Positions 1 to 13,566 of a DNA stretch of 64,000 bases are shown here, piece after piece; positions within the stretch are counted from its first letter, which is position 1; every line of letters starts with the position of its first letter. The position numbers and the translations under genes were made by a program. Below the pieces are notes generated by a model. That model saw only the letters and a list, made by a program, of their open reading frames with translations. It made no database searches and was not told the origin of the DNA. This stretch comes from Plasmodiophora brassicae. Its lineage: Eukaryota. The stretch covers positions 1,054,001-1,118,000 of the forward strand of contig CP145415.1 in assembly GCA_036867785.1 (NCBI GenBank). Reading direction: 5' to 3'.

Positions 1-72
1 CCGTCGGTCGTCGATCGCGCGTACGGTAGTTCAATCGGGTATTGGTCGTTAGCGACGGGACCGGCGCCGGTC

Positions 73-2256
73 ATGGTCATGATCGGCGAGTCGTCGCTGC
101 GTCGGAGTGCACGCAAGGTGGCCGTCAGGCATCCGCTGGAGGAGGCAGCCGGTGCTGATGACGACAGCGGCGTGTTCGGCAGCAGTGACTTGGACAGCGG
201 TGCTGATGACGATTCGGGCCACGCGACAGCACAGCTGTACTGTATTTGCAGGAAACCTGACGATGGCGAGTTGATGGTGCAGTGCGATGCGTGCAGCCAA
301 TGGTTTCATGCCGCATGCATGCGGTTGTCCGAGAAAACCGTCACTGATGACTGGAAGTGCCCGACATGCGTCTCATCACGGTCGGAACGACCTCCGCAAT
401 CTGCGTCAACGAGAAACGTCGACCCGCCTGCGACTGGACCCGCTCGCGAGGAGGCCGGCCATGCAGGGATACCGGCGAAAGACCGTGACTCGTGTCGAAC
501 CGCGTTGTGCAAGGTTATATCACAGGATCTGGCCTCAGCAGTTGAAGACGCTGTACTTCACACTGTGGCGGGTGAGGCACGTCTGGCGGAGGCTAGCAAA
601 TTGTACAAGGCAAAGATGCGAGAGATTCTGTTCAATTTGAAGAGCAACACCAAGCTCAGGCAGAGTAAGTCCATGATCCATCCGCTTAAAACAACAGAGC
701 TGACCTGCGTTCCGTCTGCATCAGGTCTGACTGAAGGAGTCTTGTCTCCTGCGAGCTTAGCGGCAAAGGATGTCTCGCTTCTTGCTGACCCTGAGTTGAT
801 CGCGTCGAGAAACGAGGAGCGCAGACAATCGTTGACGTCCAGGTTGAAAGTGGCGGAAGAAGAAGAGGACGAACTGCAAGCGTCGGTGCGACCGCAAACG
901 CTACCAGCAGCACAAGCAGATATTGTTCTTGCGGGAAATCCTGCCGTTGAACTGTTATCGCCTCCCAGTGACCCTGCTGTAAAGGAATCGGACGTAGCGC
1001 GGCCTAATGTGTCAGAAGTGCCCGACGAGATGGATGCCATCGAAATCGACGAGACGCCGGTCATGGAACCCCCGGAGACTCTATCATATCAGGAATCGCT
1101 AACAGCGGAAACGTCCCAATATGATTGGACTGGAACACTTGCCGTCACCGCGACCGATCCTGGTTTCCGTCTTCGGGGCAACATTACAGAACCTGGAACC
1201 GCGAACGACCGCAAGCGGTTATCCAAGCTGCCGTCAGCATTGTATGTGCATGGCAGGATCAACCCTAGTGCGGTCCACAAGGTCGGCTTCTGCGCGTTTA
1301 TGCACCGCTTCCGTGATGCCTGACGTGGTCTATCGTTGTAGTTCATCATGCAAGTGCATGCCGTTGCTGTGTCTGTCCCTGAAGCTGAGCGTCATCGTCA
1401 TAAGCGCATCGTGCTCGTCGAGTACTTTCTGCCGCCGGACTCGCCTGCGGACGAGGCGAATTGTGCACTGTTCATCAAGCAGTATAGAGGTAGGGCTCAC
1501 GCATTGTCTCGTGTCGTCGCTCTTGTGGACTGATTCGCCGCAGACCGCGCGCGCATTCCGGTGCTCGACTTTGTCGACCAAGGAATCTTACTGTACTTTG
1601 TTTCGCCTGTGTTTCACAGTAATGCTATATGGAGCGGCTTGTTAATGGAGGTCTTCGGCCGGGATCAGCCTCCGGCCGGCACTGCACTGTGGGCCATTGC
1701 TGTCTTGGCGGCAGAATCGAAGCTTCCATCGGTGAAGAAAACTGCTATAAAGCCTCAGAAACCTACCAGTCAACAGCCGCCTTCGTCGGTCGCTCCCGTT
1801 GTCGATGGCGCTGCCTCCGGTGGAGCAGTACCCCCGGCCGTGGTCGAACGGGCCGCGGCTCAGCCACCAACAGGCGACCCCGTCAATCGAGCAACGCCCT
1901 CAACCAGCTATCCCCAGCAAGCCTCGTCTCAACCGGCAGGTCTACACCAAGTCGCCGATGCATACCCGCCCGAACATTCGTACGGTATGCATCAGGCGTA
2001 CCCATCCCAATACCATGATGACTATCGGGGCTACGGGTACGCCCAGTACTACCAACAAGACCACTACGCGTACCAACCCGGACACCAACATTACCTTCCT
2101 CCTGATCCCGCCTACCCGCAGCACTACGATCGCGTCCGGCAACACCGTTACCGCAGCGACGTCCCATACGTGCCATCCACCACTGGCGGATACCGGTCCC
2201 ATGGATCCCCGCCCAGGCGATCTGGTCCACGAGGCCATCCTTACTCCAAACGGTAA
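73..2256 (+). CDS. PHD finger + TFIIS-M + SPOC-like protein (BYE1/DIDO1/PHF3 family), spliced
   Basis: PHD finger LYCICRKPDDGELMVQCDACSQWFHAAC..WKCPTC; TFIIS central motif YKAKMREILFNLK; SPOC-like WTGTL...LPSALYVHGRI; P/Q/Y-rich tail. Introns about 665-724, 1282-1341, 1490-1543. Confidence 0.85.
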
Positions 2257-2257
2257 T

Positions 2258-2273
2258 ACACACACACACACAC
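2258..2273. repeat. Short (CA)n microsatellite
   Basis: acacacacacacacac run just after the stop codon. Confidence 0.8.
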
Positions 2274-2354
2274 GCATCACTCATAGAAGTGATATACCTT
2301 CACTACGTGCGTCGGATGCATGTAAACCTGTTATACAATGAGCGGATGGGCGCG

Positions 2355-2429
2355 TCGGCATCATCAGTAGGGTCAGGCCTCGGCATCATCAGTAGGGTCA
2401 GGCCTCGGCATCATCAGTAGGGTCAGGCC
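2355..2429. repeat. Perfect tandem repeat, 3 x 25 bp
   Basis: TCGGCATCATCAGTAGGGTCAGGCC three times head-to-tail with no spacers, intergenic. Confidence 0.95.
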
Positions 2430-2507
2430 GAGGCGCAGTACGGAGGTGCAGTAAAGCCTCCAAAGCCACTTTTTTGATCGCGCGTCCGTTGACAGTTGTG
2501 TCGTGAT

Positions 2508-4708
2508 ATGGACAGGGGGGCGTCGACGGTGGTGGGTGCGGCACTGCTGCTGCGATCGAGCACGCTGCCGTACGGCCTCCCTCCGCTGGACCGCATCACG
2601 ACACCGTGTTTCCGGCCGGCGCTGGAGCTGGGCCTGGCGGAGCATGCCGCCGAGGTCGCCAGCGTCGTCGAGGATCAGTCGGCGCCGACGTTCGAGAACA
2701 CGGTCGTCGCGTTGGAGCGTGCCGGACAGCCGCTGGCGCAGTGCCGCGCTGTGTTCAACAGCCTACTGGCGTCGAACACGAACGACGAGCTGGACGCGCT
2801 CGACACCGAGATGGCTCCGAAGTTCGCTGCGCATACTGATTCCATCTTCCTGAACAAAGCGCTGTACAACCGAGTACGCGATGCATCACCGCCACCCGAG
2901 GACGACGTCGAATCGCAGCGATTACGGGAGCGATATTTGACGATGTTTGAGCGGCGTGGTGCTGCGCTGAGCGAACCTGCCATCAACGAGATGCGCCATA
3001 TCAACGAACATCTGTCCAAGCTGGCTGCTCAGGTACGTGGTCAAGTCGGTTGGGTGTGTCGTCATGGGGACGCTGACGATGGTCATAGTTTCGGCAAGCC
3101 GTGCTGAAGGCGACGAACGATTGTGCCGTCGTTGTCGACGACGTCGCGCTGCTCGATGGATTATCGCCTGGCGATATTGCATCTGCGGCGGCTGCTGCGT
3201 CTCAACGAGGGCTCCCGGCGGGGCGCTATGCGTTAACCCTGGTGAACACCACGACGCAGCCGGCGCTGGCGTCGTTGAAGAACCGCGAGGTTCGCCGGAA
3301 GTTGTTCGAGGCGTCTCGTGCGCGATGTAGTGACGGCGCATGTGACACCCGACCGATCATTGTTGAAATGGCACAGCTGCGTGCCCGTATGGCCCAGTTG
3401 CTGTCCTACCCGAACTACGCCTCATACGTCATCGCCGACGAGACCGCGTCATCTGTCAATGACGTGAACGCCATGCTGCGACGGCTGATTGGGCCAGCGC
3501 ACGCGAACGCCGAACGTGAACGGGCTGACTTGGAGAGGTGTGCCGGGGACGAGCTTGGTGGCGATCGTCTCCAGCCCTGGGATTGGGCGTTCTATGCGAA
3601 TCGCCTCCAGAAACAACTGTTCGATTTCTCTGACGACGACGTGCGCCCATATTTCGAGGTCAACCGAGTCCTCAAGGATGGCGTCCTGTTCGCTGCGAAT
3701 CGTTTCTACGGCATCACGTTCAAGCAGCGGAATGATCTGCCAACGTATCACAAGGACGTGATGGTGTTTGAGCTATTTAACGAAGACGGTTCGCCTCTGG
3801 GCATGCTACTGGCAGATTACTTTGCCAGGTCCAACAAGCAGGGCGGCGGCTGGATGGACTCGTACATTGAACAGTCGAAGTTGCTTGGCCATCCACATGC
3901 AATCGTCCTGAACAACCTCAATGTTCCAGTGCCTGCCGAAGGAGAGCCCGCACTGATGACCTTTGACGAGGTTACTACAGCGTTCCACGAAATGGGACAC
4001 GCGCTGCATGGCCTGTTCTCCAATGTCAAGTATCCTGTAGGGCAACCGTTGCGTCTCGTTGATTGCAGTCATCGGTCCTGACCCGTCGTTGCACAGCTGT
4101 TCTCTGGCACATCCGTTCCTCGTGACTATGTGGAGTATCCATCGCAGCTGAACGAAATGTGGGCGACCGACCCTGCTGTTTTGAGCAACTACGCTCGGCA
4201 TCATAAGACTGGCGACCCGATGCCGCAAGCTTTGCTGTCGAAGGTCATATCGGCACGCCGCTTCAATCAGGGATTCGCTACCACGGAATACCTGGCTGCG
4301 GCGATCCTCGACCAGGCGTGGCACCAAATCTCCCCTACCAACGTCCCCGATAGCGCAAATGTTGCAGAGTTCGAGAGGAACGCGCTGCAGGCTGCCGGCA
4401 TTAGCGACTTCTTTGTCCCACGGTACCGGTCCCCCTACTTTTCACATATTTGGTCTAGCGCGACCGGTTATGCTGCTGGGTACTACGCGTACATTTGGAG
4501 CGAGGTGCTAGCCCGCGATACGCAGAGTTGGATTGTCGAGCAAGGCGGCCTACGGCGTACCAATGGCGATGTGCTCCGAGGGAAAGTGCTTTCCAAGGGG
4601 TTCGCCTGCGATCCGCTGTCTGCTTTCAAGGACCTGAAGGGAGGCCCGCCAGACATTGCTCCTCTCCTCGATTATCGAGGCTTACGCGATGCAAGTGTCG
4701 CAGTTTGA
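2508..4708 (+). CDS. dcp: M3A zinc metallopeptidase, peptidyl-dipeptidase Dcp-like, 2 introns
   Basis: PTFENTVVALERAG, LQPWDWAFY, DYFARSNKQGGGWM, HEMGHALH zinc motif, EYPSQLNE, YAAGYYAYIWSEVL. Introns about 3033-3088 and 4037-4096. Confidence 0.9.
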
Positions 4709-4731
4709 ATTATCCCTACAATGACGAGGAT

Positions 4732-6859
4732 TTACGACCTTATCCCAAACACTCGGAGGACTCGTTTCCACAGTTCTTGTCGCATCAGCCGCCTCTCCAG
4801 CGTTGTCCCGACTGTGACGACCGAATTCTCTTCGGCGCGACGTAATAGGTAAGGTACGACCTTGCCGATGGGCCCGAACGGGACGTCTGCGCGGCACAAT
4901 GGATCATTATCCTCGCCCGTTCAGGTGGACGAACGGCATGATGGCTCGCTTACATTTATAGGTCGCATAGCCGGCCGCGCTCAGCGTTAGCGTGACGTGA
5001 TCTGCCATCCCGAGCAACTGAGCGAACTTGACGCAGTTCTTCGGCAGCTTCAGATCGTCCTATGACACGGCAACGCTCACGAATCCGTTACCGATTGCCG
5101 GAACACGTTGTTACGATTCTCTGCGTGGCGTACTCGATGGACTTCGCATTATGAGATGCGACCATCAAGTCGGCATGAGCAGTGTTCTGTTCCATAACGA
5201 TATGAGATCCCAAGTAGAGTGGCACCAATGTATGACGTACGTTCATGAACAGGTCCATGCACTTGTAGACTTCTCCAGTTGTACTTTCTCGATCCTTATG
5301 AATGGGATCTGGGTACCCCAGCGAGGCAGCCCGGGCGCGTTCCTCGCTCATGTAAGCACCTCGTACGAGCTTAGCCGCAAAGCGAAACCCTACGTCGGCA
5401 GCGTCTGAATAACAAGCCAGGTCGAGGGGGTTGCCTGCTGAACTCACCTTCTCGCTTGGCACGGTCGATATCGACCTTTAGCCTCCTCGCGCAGTCGACT
5501 CGATACGCCTGATACGTGCCACTGATGATTGCCGCCCCATCGCGATTATATTTCCTCTGCCGTGCATATTGAGAAAGCGCGATGTGTCCGTTATACGCTT
5601 CGTCAGTACCTGAAGATTGGTTACGACATGATCGATGGCGTTTTGAAAGAACGTCTGAGTGGAGCCAGATTCGTCAGGGAACATAGGGTTCGGAAGGACA
5701 GCCAGTTAACATACATGCTCAGCGTCGATAAGCACGGGGACCTTCGCCTGACTGGCAGCGGCGGCGATAGTATCAAGCCTTTCGAGAATTTTCTGCAGCT
5801 GAATCCTTTTCGGTTCTTCGAGATGAGGGATGAACCTAGGAGACGGAGTTACCATATTGGGCCATTGGAGCAGGATAACCATCAGTCGTATACATCTCAA
5901 TCGGATGCTCCGGTTTACGCTCAGGTGCTGCGAACAGGATCCAATCTAGGACCTCAATCGTTCCCGTTTTCTCGCGATCAATTCTGCCTCGGTATCATTA
6001 TCCCATCCAGAAACAATCTGACTGCTTCAAGGCAATACCTGTCGAATAGTTCATCGGCGGTCAGCCCGCCAGCATCTACCCCGATGCCAGTTGAGCCAAT
6101 GCCTTTGTGGAACTCCTCCCGCGTCATATGACCATTCCCGGACGCGTTGAACGAATGATACATATTCCAGATCTGGCGTTTCCGCATTAGAGCGTCGATA
6201 ACGTAGCGTAGAAACAGAAATGGTCACCTTGCTCAGAAGGCGGGTGGTCTGCTCCAGTAGTTGCGGGCTACCGAGCGCGGTGACCTTCAATGCGATATGG
6301 CATTCGTGCTTGTTAGCTGCCTTGATGCATTCCAAGAAGGACTTGACGTTGGCATCCCATTCCGCATCCGAAGGAGGCGCTTGCTGTAGATCGTCCTCAA
6401 CTGCGACGTGTGTGAAACGGCAAATCGCTGCTCTGAACGGGGCGGGCCCCTACCAGCGTAGTCAAGAATGCACTTGACATTGACGGATCGCAATTGCGCT
6501 ATCGACCCTCCAATGTCATCAACAGATTCCCCGGCGACGAACTGTTTAAATAGCTAATCGACGCAATCAGATTGGACTGCTCGCGTCGGACCCTCGCCTG
6601 GCCCATATACCGTTCGGCGCAGGACCGCGTGGGTGATTCGCGGGCCGATCAGCGATTCGGCCACGCGCAGGCCCTTCATCGCTCGCTTCGTCAGCCAGGT
6701 CTGCGAGCACAGCCACAGGACGAAACACGAGCGCGCCAGCACCGGCGTGCTGACATTCGCGAACGCGGCCGGGGTCGGCACGATACCCCCACCCACAGCG
6801 GACAGCAGGCGCTGACTGCACCTGCCACGCGGTACCCATCGCCAACCGACTGCCCACAT
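4732..6859 (-). CDS. PRODH: Mitochondrial proline dehydrogenase with EF-hand-like insertion, many introns
   Basis: Motifs across exons: FVAGES, CILDY, IALKVTALG, VLIDAE, KLVRGAYM, MVASHN, QLLGMAD, YKYVPFGP..PYLLRRAEEN; EF-like FNASGNGHMTREEF. Confidence 0.92.
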
Positions 6860-7088
6860 CCGTCGTCGCCCAGTCTATATACTACCACAGTAACAGGCAA
6901 CGTCCCGCGCGGCACTGCCAACTGGGACGTTTTCCACTGTACGGGGGCGGCCCAGAGGGTTACCTGCCCGACTGCAACGCGCTGCGTGTGCCCAGTCGCG
7001 GCCGCATGCAGCTCGGGATGGCGACCCTGGTCGAGTGACATGTTGATCCATGCGGTGGCACGCGCCATCATCTCGGACGCGTCGTGCG

Positions 7089-8126
7089 ATGTGGGAAGAC
7101 GGCGCTGGCCTTGTCGACAGGGCGTATTCGGTGCTGTACGCCCGGCGCGGGGCGCTAATGGTCCTTGGGTCGGCGGTCGCGTTCGCCACCGGGGCGCTGT
7201 TCGGCCAGCTCAGCCACGTGGCGGGTGTGTGGCCTGCGTGGTTCGTGTTGGGCCGCTGCGTACTCCAGACGCTGTGGACGCTTGCGCTGATGTGGTGGTA
7301 CGACATCGAGCCGTTTGAGGACTTGGGGGACAAGCTCGGACTCGTCCTGGTCCGGGCGTTGTTCGGCAGCTTCTCCAGCAACATCGTCCTGTACACGCAG
7401 CTTATGGGCCTTCAGCTTGGCTACGCGACCGTCTTCTTCTTCAGCGTCCCGCTCTACACGCTCGTCGCAGGCCATTACGTCATCGGCGAGAAGGCGGGCG
7501 CCCTGGAGATCGCATGCGTCCTGATGGGCATGGCGGGCGTCGTCCTGATCGCACAGCCGTCGTTCCTGTTTCCACGAACGGAACCGGAACCCGGCTGGGA
7601 TTACGCTGTGATGTGTCTGCTTGCAGGGAGCACGGCCGCGTTCGGGTACATTGCCAGGCGACGCGTGAAATCGGTCAATTCGCTTCCCATCGTGCTTATT
7701 GGCGGCCTGATGGGAATCGCGATGATGATCCCACCTTGCCTGTATGTTCGACTGCCTATCGATGCACCGCCCAAGACGATCTTGTACCTCCTCTGCGCGG
7801 GGACCATGCTTTTCGTGGACATTTGCCTGACCAACGTCGGCCTGCAGTACGAGCCGGCGAGCCACGCCTCCGTCATTCGGCTAGCCGCTCCTGTAATCGG
7901 ATACGGGTTCCAGACGCTCATCATGAGGAAACCACCCGACCCCGCCGGCGTCGCCGGCACCCTTATCGTCGCAGCTGTCGTCGTCCTGATGATCGCGCGC
8001 AGCACCACCAGCGAGGACCTCCACGTCCCATTCCTCGCAGGCACCGACGACGAGCGCCGGGCCCTGGTCGGCCAGTCGCCCGTCACCGAAATGACCCCCG
8101 TCGGCGTCGTGCAGGAACGGTTATGA
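7089..8126 (+). CDS. DMT/EamA-family (SLC35G-like) transporter, intronless
   Basis: About 10 hydrophobic segments in two repeats; LVRALFG, ATVFFFSVPLYT..IGEK, GVVLIAQPSFLF, GLQYEPA. Confidence 0.85.
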   Translation: MWEDGAGLVDRAYSVLYARRGALMVLGSAVAFATGALFGQLSHVAGVWPAWFVLGRCVLQTLWTLALMWWYDIEPFEDLGDKLGLVLVRALFGSFSSNIVLYTQLMGLQLGYATVFFFSVPLYTLVAGHYVIGEKAGALEIACVLMGMAGVVLIAQPSFLFPRTEPEPGWDYAVMCLLAGSTAAFGYIARRRVKSVNSLPIVLIGGLMGIAMMIPPCLYVRLPIDAPPKTILYLLCAGTMLFVDICLTNVGLQYEPASHASVIRLAAPVIGYGFQTLIMRKPPDPAGVAGTLIVAAVVVLMIARSTTSEDLHVPFLAGTDDERRALVGQSPVTEMTPVGVVQERL

Positions 8127-8571
8127 ATACCGGCGGCCACTACTGCGATACCCCGTTGCGGTCCCCCGTCATCATTTGCCATGACAAACGGGTTCCGTTC
8201 AGCGCCGCCACCTCGCTGCGGCGCAGCTGCCCCAGACAAGACCCTGCGGACTGCCGATCCAACCCGGCCGTGTCCACGTCTTATTTCAGTTATCAGTCGC
8301 GCGTCGCAGCGTGCGCCGTTTGCCGCCGATTGCATTTTGGATGGTCAGAGTGGAGGACAGACGGCCGAGGCCCAGGTGGCAGCCGCAGGTACTACAGAAG
8401 GGTACCAACGTTATTTCTGTGACTTGAAACTCACAGACGGGCGATCGTAGTGCTGTGGTGGTGGCCGACGAGCAAACCGCACCGGGACGACCGGCGCGCT
8501 GAACGCCGATCGGCGCCGACGGGGCTGCTTGCGATTGGCGTGCAGGGTGGTAGGCGGTAGGGCGCCCAACG

Positions 8572-9816
<1,245 letters not shown>

Positions 9817-9948
9817 AGTTCTCTCTACTGTCAAACCCGTTATTAACGTATAGCGTAACAATTCACCGAATGTCTGAAAGAGAGCGCGGATCGAGCAACG
9901 CTGTGTGAGGTTATGTAGTAGTAGTAGTATTCGTCTGGGTTCGTCCAA

Positions 9949-11959
9949 TCACGGGTTCTCTATGGCGAGTTTGGCCATGGCAGCCTCCATCGGTTCAGAT
10001 GCCTCGTTGTCGCGGTTGTCGTAGGCGACCTTGAGGACCCGTGGGTCCTTGCGGATCACCAGGTTCTTTAGAGCCGCTTTCTGGGTCGACGTAATCGCGC
10101 CCGAGCGCGACAGTCGTGCAATGACACGCAGGCACTCGCGAATCATCTCTCGCGGCTCAATGTCAAGCTCGTTCCAGGAGCCGATTGCGTCGCCGCCCAG
10201 TGTACGCGTGCGGCCGAGCTTCGTGTCAAAGCTGGGCCCATCCGTTTGCTCTACACAGCACCTGTGAATGGAGAGCATGGGTCAACGATGGACGAACTCG
10301 CCTGTCTCGGACGCTTCTTCGCCATCGTTGTCGAAGTCTTCCTCTTCAATTGGCGCCTTGTGCAGATCCTGTGCACTGGATTATTGTCCCCAGCAACGAA
10401 GGCAACCGTGGGAGAGTTCGTACGCTGCCACGGCGGGTGTGGTCCGATCCAGAACCGGCGTTAAACAGGTCGGTGATCGACGGTAGCTGCTGTTGCTTGA
10501 ACCGTTTCAGGGTGTCCTGTGTGACAACGCTCGTCGTCCACGACTGGTCCTCGATCTGGTTGAAATCGCGGGGGACTGATGTGTGCTGGTAGTCTCGCGT
10601 AAGCTGATCATCACAACAACACGTATCAGCACGGTACACCACATTGCTATTCAGGAAATGTGACCTGCTCCTGCGCCGCGCGCGACTTCCATTCCTGAAG
10701 CGTCTCCTTCCGCTGATGAGATCCCGACTTGTTGTCGGCCTCCTCTTCCGGGTACGATGCAGGCGATATGCCGATCGTGAACTGAGACGACGCCTCGTCC
10801 TCGCTCTATCGAGGCGCATGTCAATCCACAACGGACAGGCGTCAGCCCATGGTCGACATTACCAGCCGTCGCTGTGGGGCCCCGTCGGACGAAATGCGCT
10901 TGAAGGTTCCCGACCGCGTCAGGACCGGCGACTTCTTGGCCGCCTGTTTCTGCCCCAGATTCGGGTTCGCTGAGCAGCTGCTGTTGCGATGTGGTGGGAA
11001 CGCGGGCATGTCCTTCAACTTCGCCGCCTGATCCTTCCAGCTATCCAGGGTCGTCTTGCGAGTGTGCCCTGCTGCCGCGTTAAGATCCCCCGTCCGGCGG
11101 CCTACGAACCGGGACGGGCCTACCTGGAGGCGAGGTCGGTTTCGGCGCTGGCGCTGGGGGCTTCGGACGCACAATGACGGTCTGGGCAGTTGCTGAGACT
11201 CCCCACGCGTCGTCAGGCAATTGCAATTGGACGCACGTGTTCAGGACGGCCGGAACGCAGGTTCTGAATCTGCTGGCCGGTCAGCGAGTTGAAGTTCTGG
11301 ATGCGGTTCACGAACTGGACGTCCTCTGTCTGCTCGTAGTCCTCGAGAGATCCGCGTCGTTGGGCCTGCGCGACGGTCATGAGTCCCGCGTTGCGTCCTG
11401 ATGGTCGCCTGCGGTCTACCTGACGGTGTAGCCGTCGGTCGTCGGACCGGCGTCTGACCTGCTCCTCGTAGTTGCTGCCTGACCCGCCACCGTATTCGAC
11501 CTCGACCTCGTCACTGTCGACATCGGCTTCCTCGCTGCTGTCGCCGTTCCTACGCGCCATCTAGGTGGAGTGAACACCGGCGTTGACTCGTCACTGCCAC
11601 CAGGACAGACCTTGGCGAACGCTTGGTGCTGCGGCTGCATGGAAGGAGCTGGGTCGGGGCTATCTGCCGACTGCAACTTCTGAAAGTCGCTCTGCGACAA
11701 CGAGTTGAACTGGCGGATGCGGTTGACGAACTTCTGGTTGTCAGTCGCGAACTGGTGATGGGTGCCTTTCAGCGATCGCTTCGGCGCAGACTGCTGGACG
11801 CGTCAGCTCGGGCGTGCCGCACCCACACCGAAACCATCGCCGGACCTTGCGGATTGGCGGAGCGTCATCCAGCTCCTCGTCCAGAACGTCCAGAATCGTC
11901 GCCGGACGCGCCTTCCCCATCGCCCCGGGTCGCACCCAACGATACCAATGCTCGGTCAC
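9949..11959 (-). CDS. Hypothetical multi-exon protein, largely low-complexity, with helical C-terminal domain
   Basis: Chain of minus-strand ORF pieces (11741-11959, 11213-11560, 10842-11174, 10346-, 9949-10278) joined by short GT-AG introns; C-terminal LSRSGAITSTQKAALKNLVIRKDPRVL. Confidence 0.6.
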
Positions 11960-12309
11960 GGGGCCGCGTGCCTACTTCCAAACGGATCGCCGCGATATCT
12001 CGCCCTGCTATGCTGGAAATCCCCCACTCGTGCGCGTATCCCACCACGAACCGTCATCATCCAGAAGGACGTCATATGTAATACCTAGCGTATCGTTCCC
12101 TATATCAACGTGCTGCTGTCCTGGGCTGCACGGCGCAGAAGCTGGAGCGTTGGGCAGGGGCAATTTACGGAATGTGCGCCGACGGGGAGAATTTTTCCAG
12201 CGCAGTTCGTCGGGTGCCGTCAGCGGCGGCGACGGCGTCCGACGCGGGCCGTTTTTCATTCGACGGCGGGGTTGGACAGGAGATCGTGTGTGTCGGGGGG
12301 CCGGGCGCC

Positions 12310-13566
12310 ATGGGGGCGGCGAGTTCGCTCAGCGCGGTGGACGTCACGGGCGGCGCCGACGATCAGGACGCGATCGTGCGTGATGTGCTGCGCGCCGGGC
12401 TGGAATCGCAGACGGGCATACCGGGTGGTGTCGTCGGTGGGCTCGTTCGACTCGGCGTCATCAAGCGGGACGGGTCGTGGGATGGGCCCCGGTTGCAGCA
12501 GGCGCTTGCTAGGGTTGAGGGCGTATCCGAATGCGCTCTTGGAAGCGCCCATGCGCTGTCATCGTTGTGTCAGGGGAGTCCTGATTCGGCCAATCGGCGT
12601 GTGCCCGTGCCGGCCAACGGGAACGAACGTGCTAATGACTCTGCATTGCGACGGTCTGAAGCGACCTCGCTGGGTCGGGTTGACAACGGTCCACCTGCCG
12701 CTGGGAAACCGTCACCGACGAAATTGCATCTGTCGCCGAGCGACTTCAATCCGGGCACCGTTCCCGGTCTGGCCCGATTCGTCCTAGAAAGAGTGATCAT
12801 GGATCTGGCGTTCCCGGATTGCAAGCTGAACGATATCGTTCAGCAGTACATCAACGTACACGGGCCCGGTGTGCGTTTCATCATGGGCCATTTAAAGAGC
12901 CTTGGTGTTGTCGAGGATGGCGACGCCTCGACGGGAGCGTGCTGGAACAAGGCACGATTTATCGCAGCCTTGCGCCAGCTTCCTCCAGTGCCGGCAAAGT
13001 TTAAGGGAGCCGCCGAGTCCTGCTTCGCGTCGTTATCGCCGATGACCCCGACGGCCAGCTCGGTGGCAAATGGTGCCGCGCCGAAGACCAAGCACGCGAC
13101 GACGACCTCGTCGTTGGGCAATGTTCTTGGATCTGCGGGTCTGACACACCTAGAAGGGGAGTTTATTACAGCGGGCTACACAAAGGCGGAAGCGGTTGCC
13201 GGCTTGACAACAAGGGAGCTTAAAACGATTGGCGTTGCGAATAGTCAGGTCCCGCGCCTAAGAGCGGCCCTGTCAGAGACGGTCGCGAAACCATCTCCTG
13301 CCGAAACACCGACGACTCCAACTCGAGATGCCGTCCACGAACTTGTGCCGCCGGCCGTGAACGCAAGCTCGGGTCCTCTGTTAGATGACGTCCTCCGATC
13401 CGCAGATTTGGAATCACTGTCGGGCACGTTGGCTCGATCGGGTCATACAAACGCGGAACTGGTCGCGACGTCGACGAATCTCGAGTTCAAAGCAATGGGC
13501 ATTACGAAGCGCCAGCGCAAACGACTACGAGCGGCGCTGTCGAATGTGCAGGCCCAGACCTCGTAA
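12310..13566 (+). CDS. Intronless protein with two C-terminal SAM-like domains
   Basis: Two repeats LGNVLGSAGLTHLEGEF..GYT..LTTRELKTIG..RLRAAL and LDDVLRSADLESL..GHT..LEFKAMGI..RLRAAL fit the SAM pattern. An upstream in-frame ATG exists at 12172. Confidence 0.75.
   Translation: MGAASSLSAVDVTGGADDQDAIVRDVLRAGLESQTGIPGGVVGGLVRLGVIKRDGSWDGPRLQQALARVEGVSECALGSAHALSSLCQGSPDSANRRVPVPANGNERANDSALRRSEATSLGRVDNGPPAAGKPSPTKLHLSPSDFNPGTVPGLARFVLERVIMDLAFPDCKLNDIVQQYINVHGPGVRFIMGHLKSLGVVEDGDASTGACWNKARFIAALRQLPPVPAKFKGAAESCFASLSPMTPTASSVANGAAPKTKHATTTSSLGNVLGSAGLTHLEGEFITAGYTKAEAVAGLTTRELKTIGVANSQVPRLRAALSETVAKPSPAETPTTPTRDAVHELVPPAVNASSGPLLDDVLRSADLESLSGTLARSGHTNAELVATSTNLEFKAMGITKRQRKRLRAALSNVQAQTS

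Noticed and set aside
5028..6550. Fragmented ORFs suggesting pseudogenes or programmed frameshifts (PRODH; also MTO1, FDXR, NDC1)
   Set aside because: The frame changes I checked coincide with 50-65-nt GT-AG introns.
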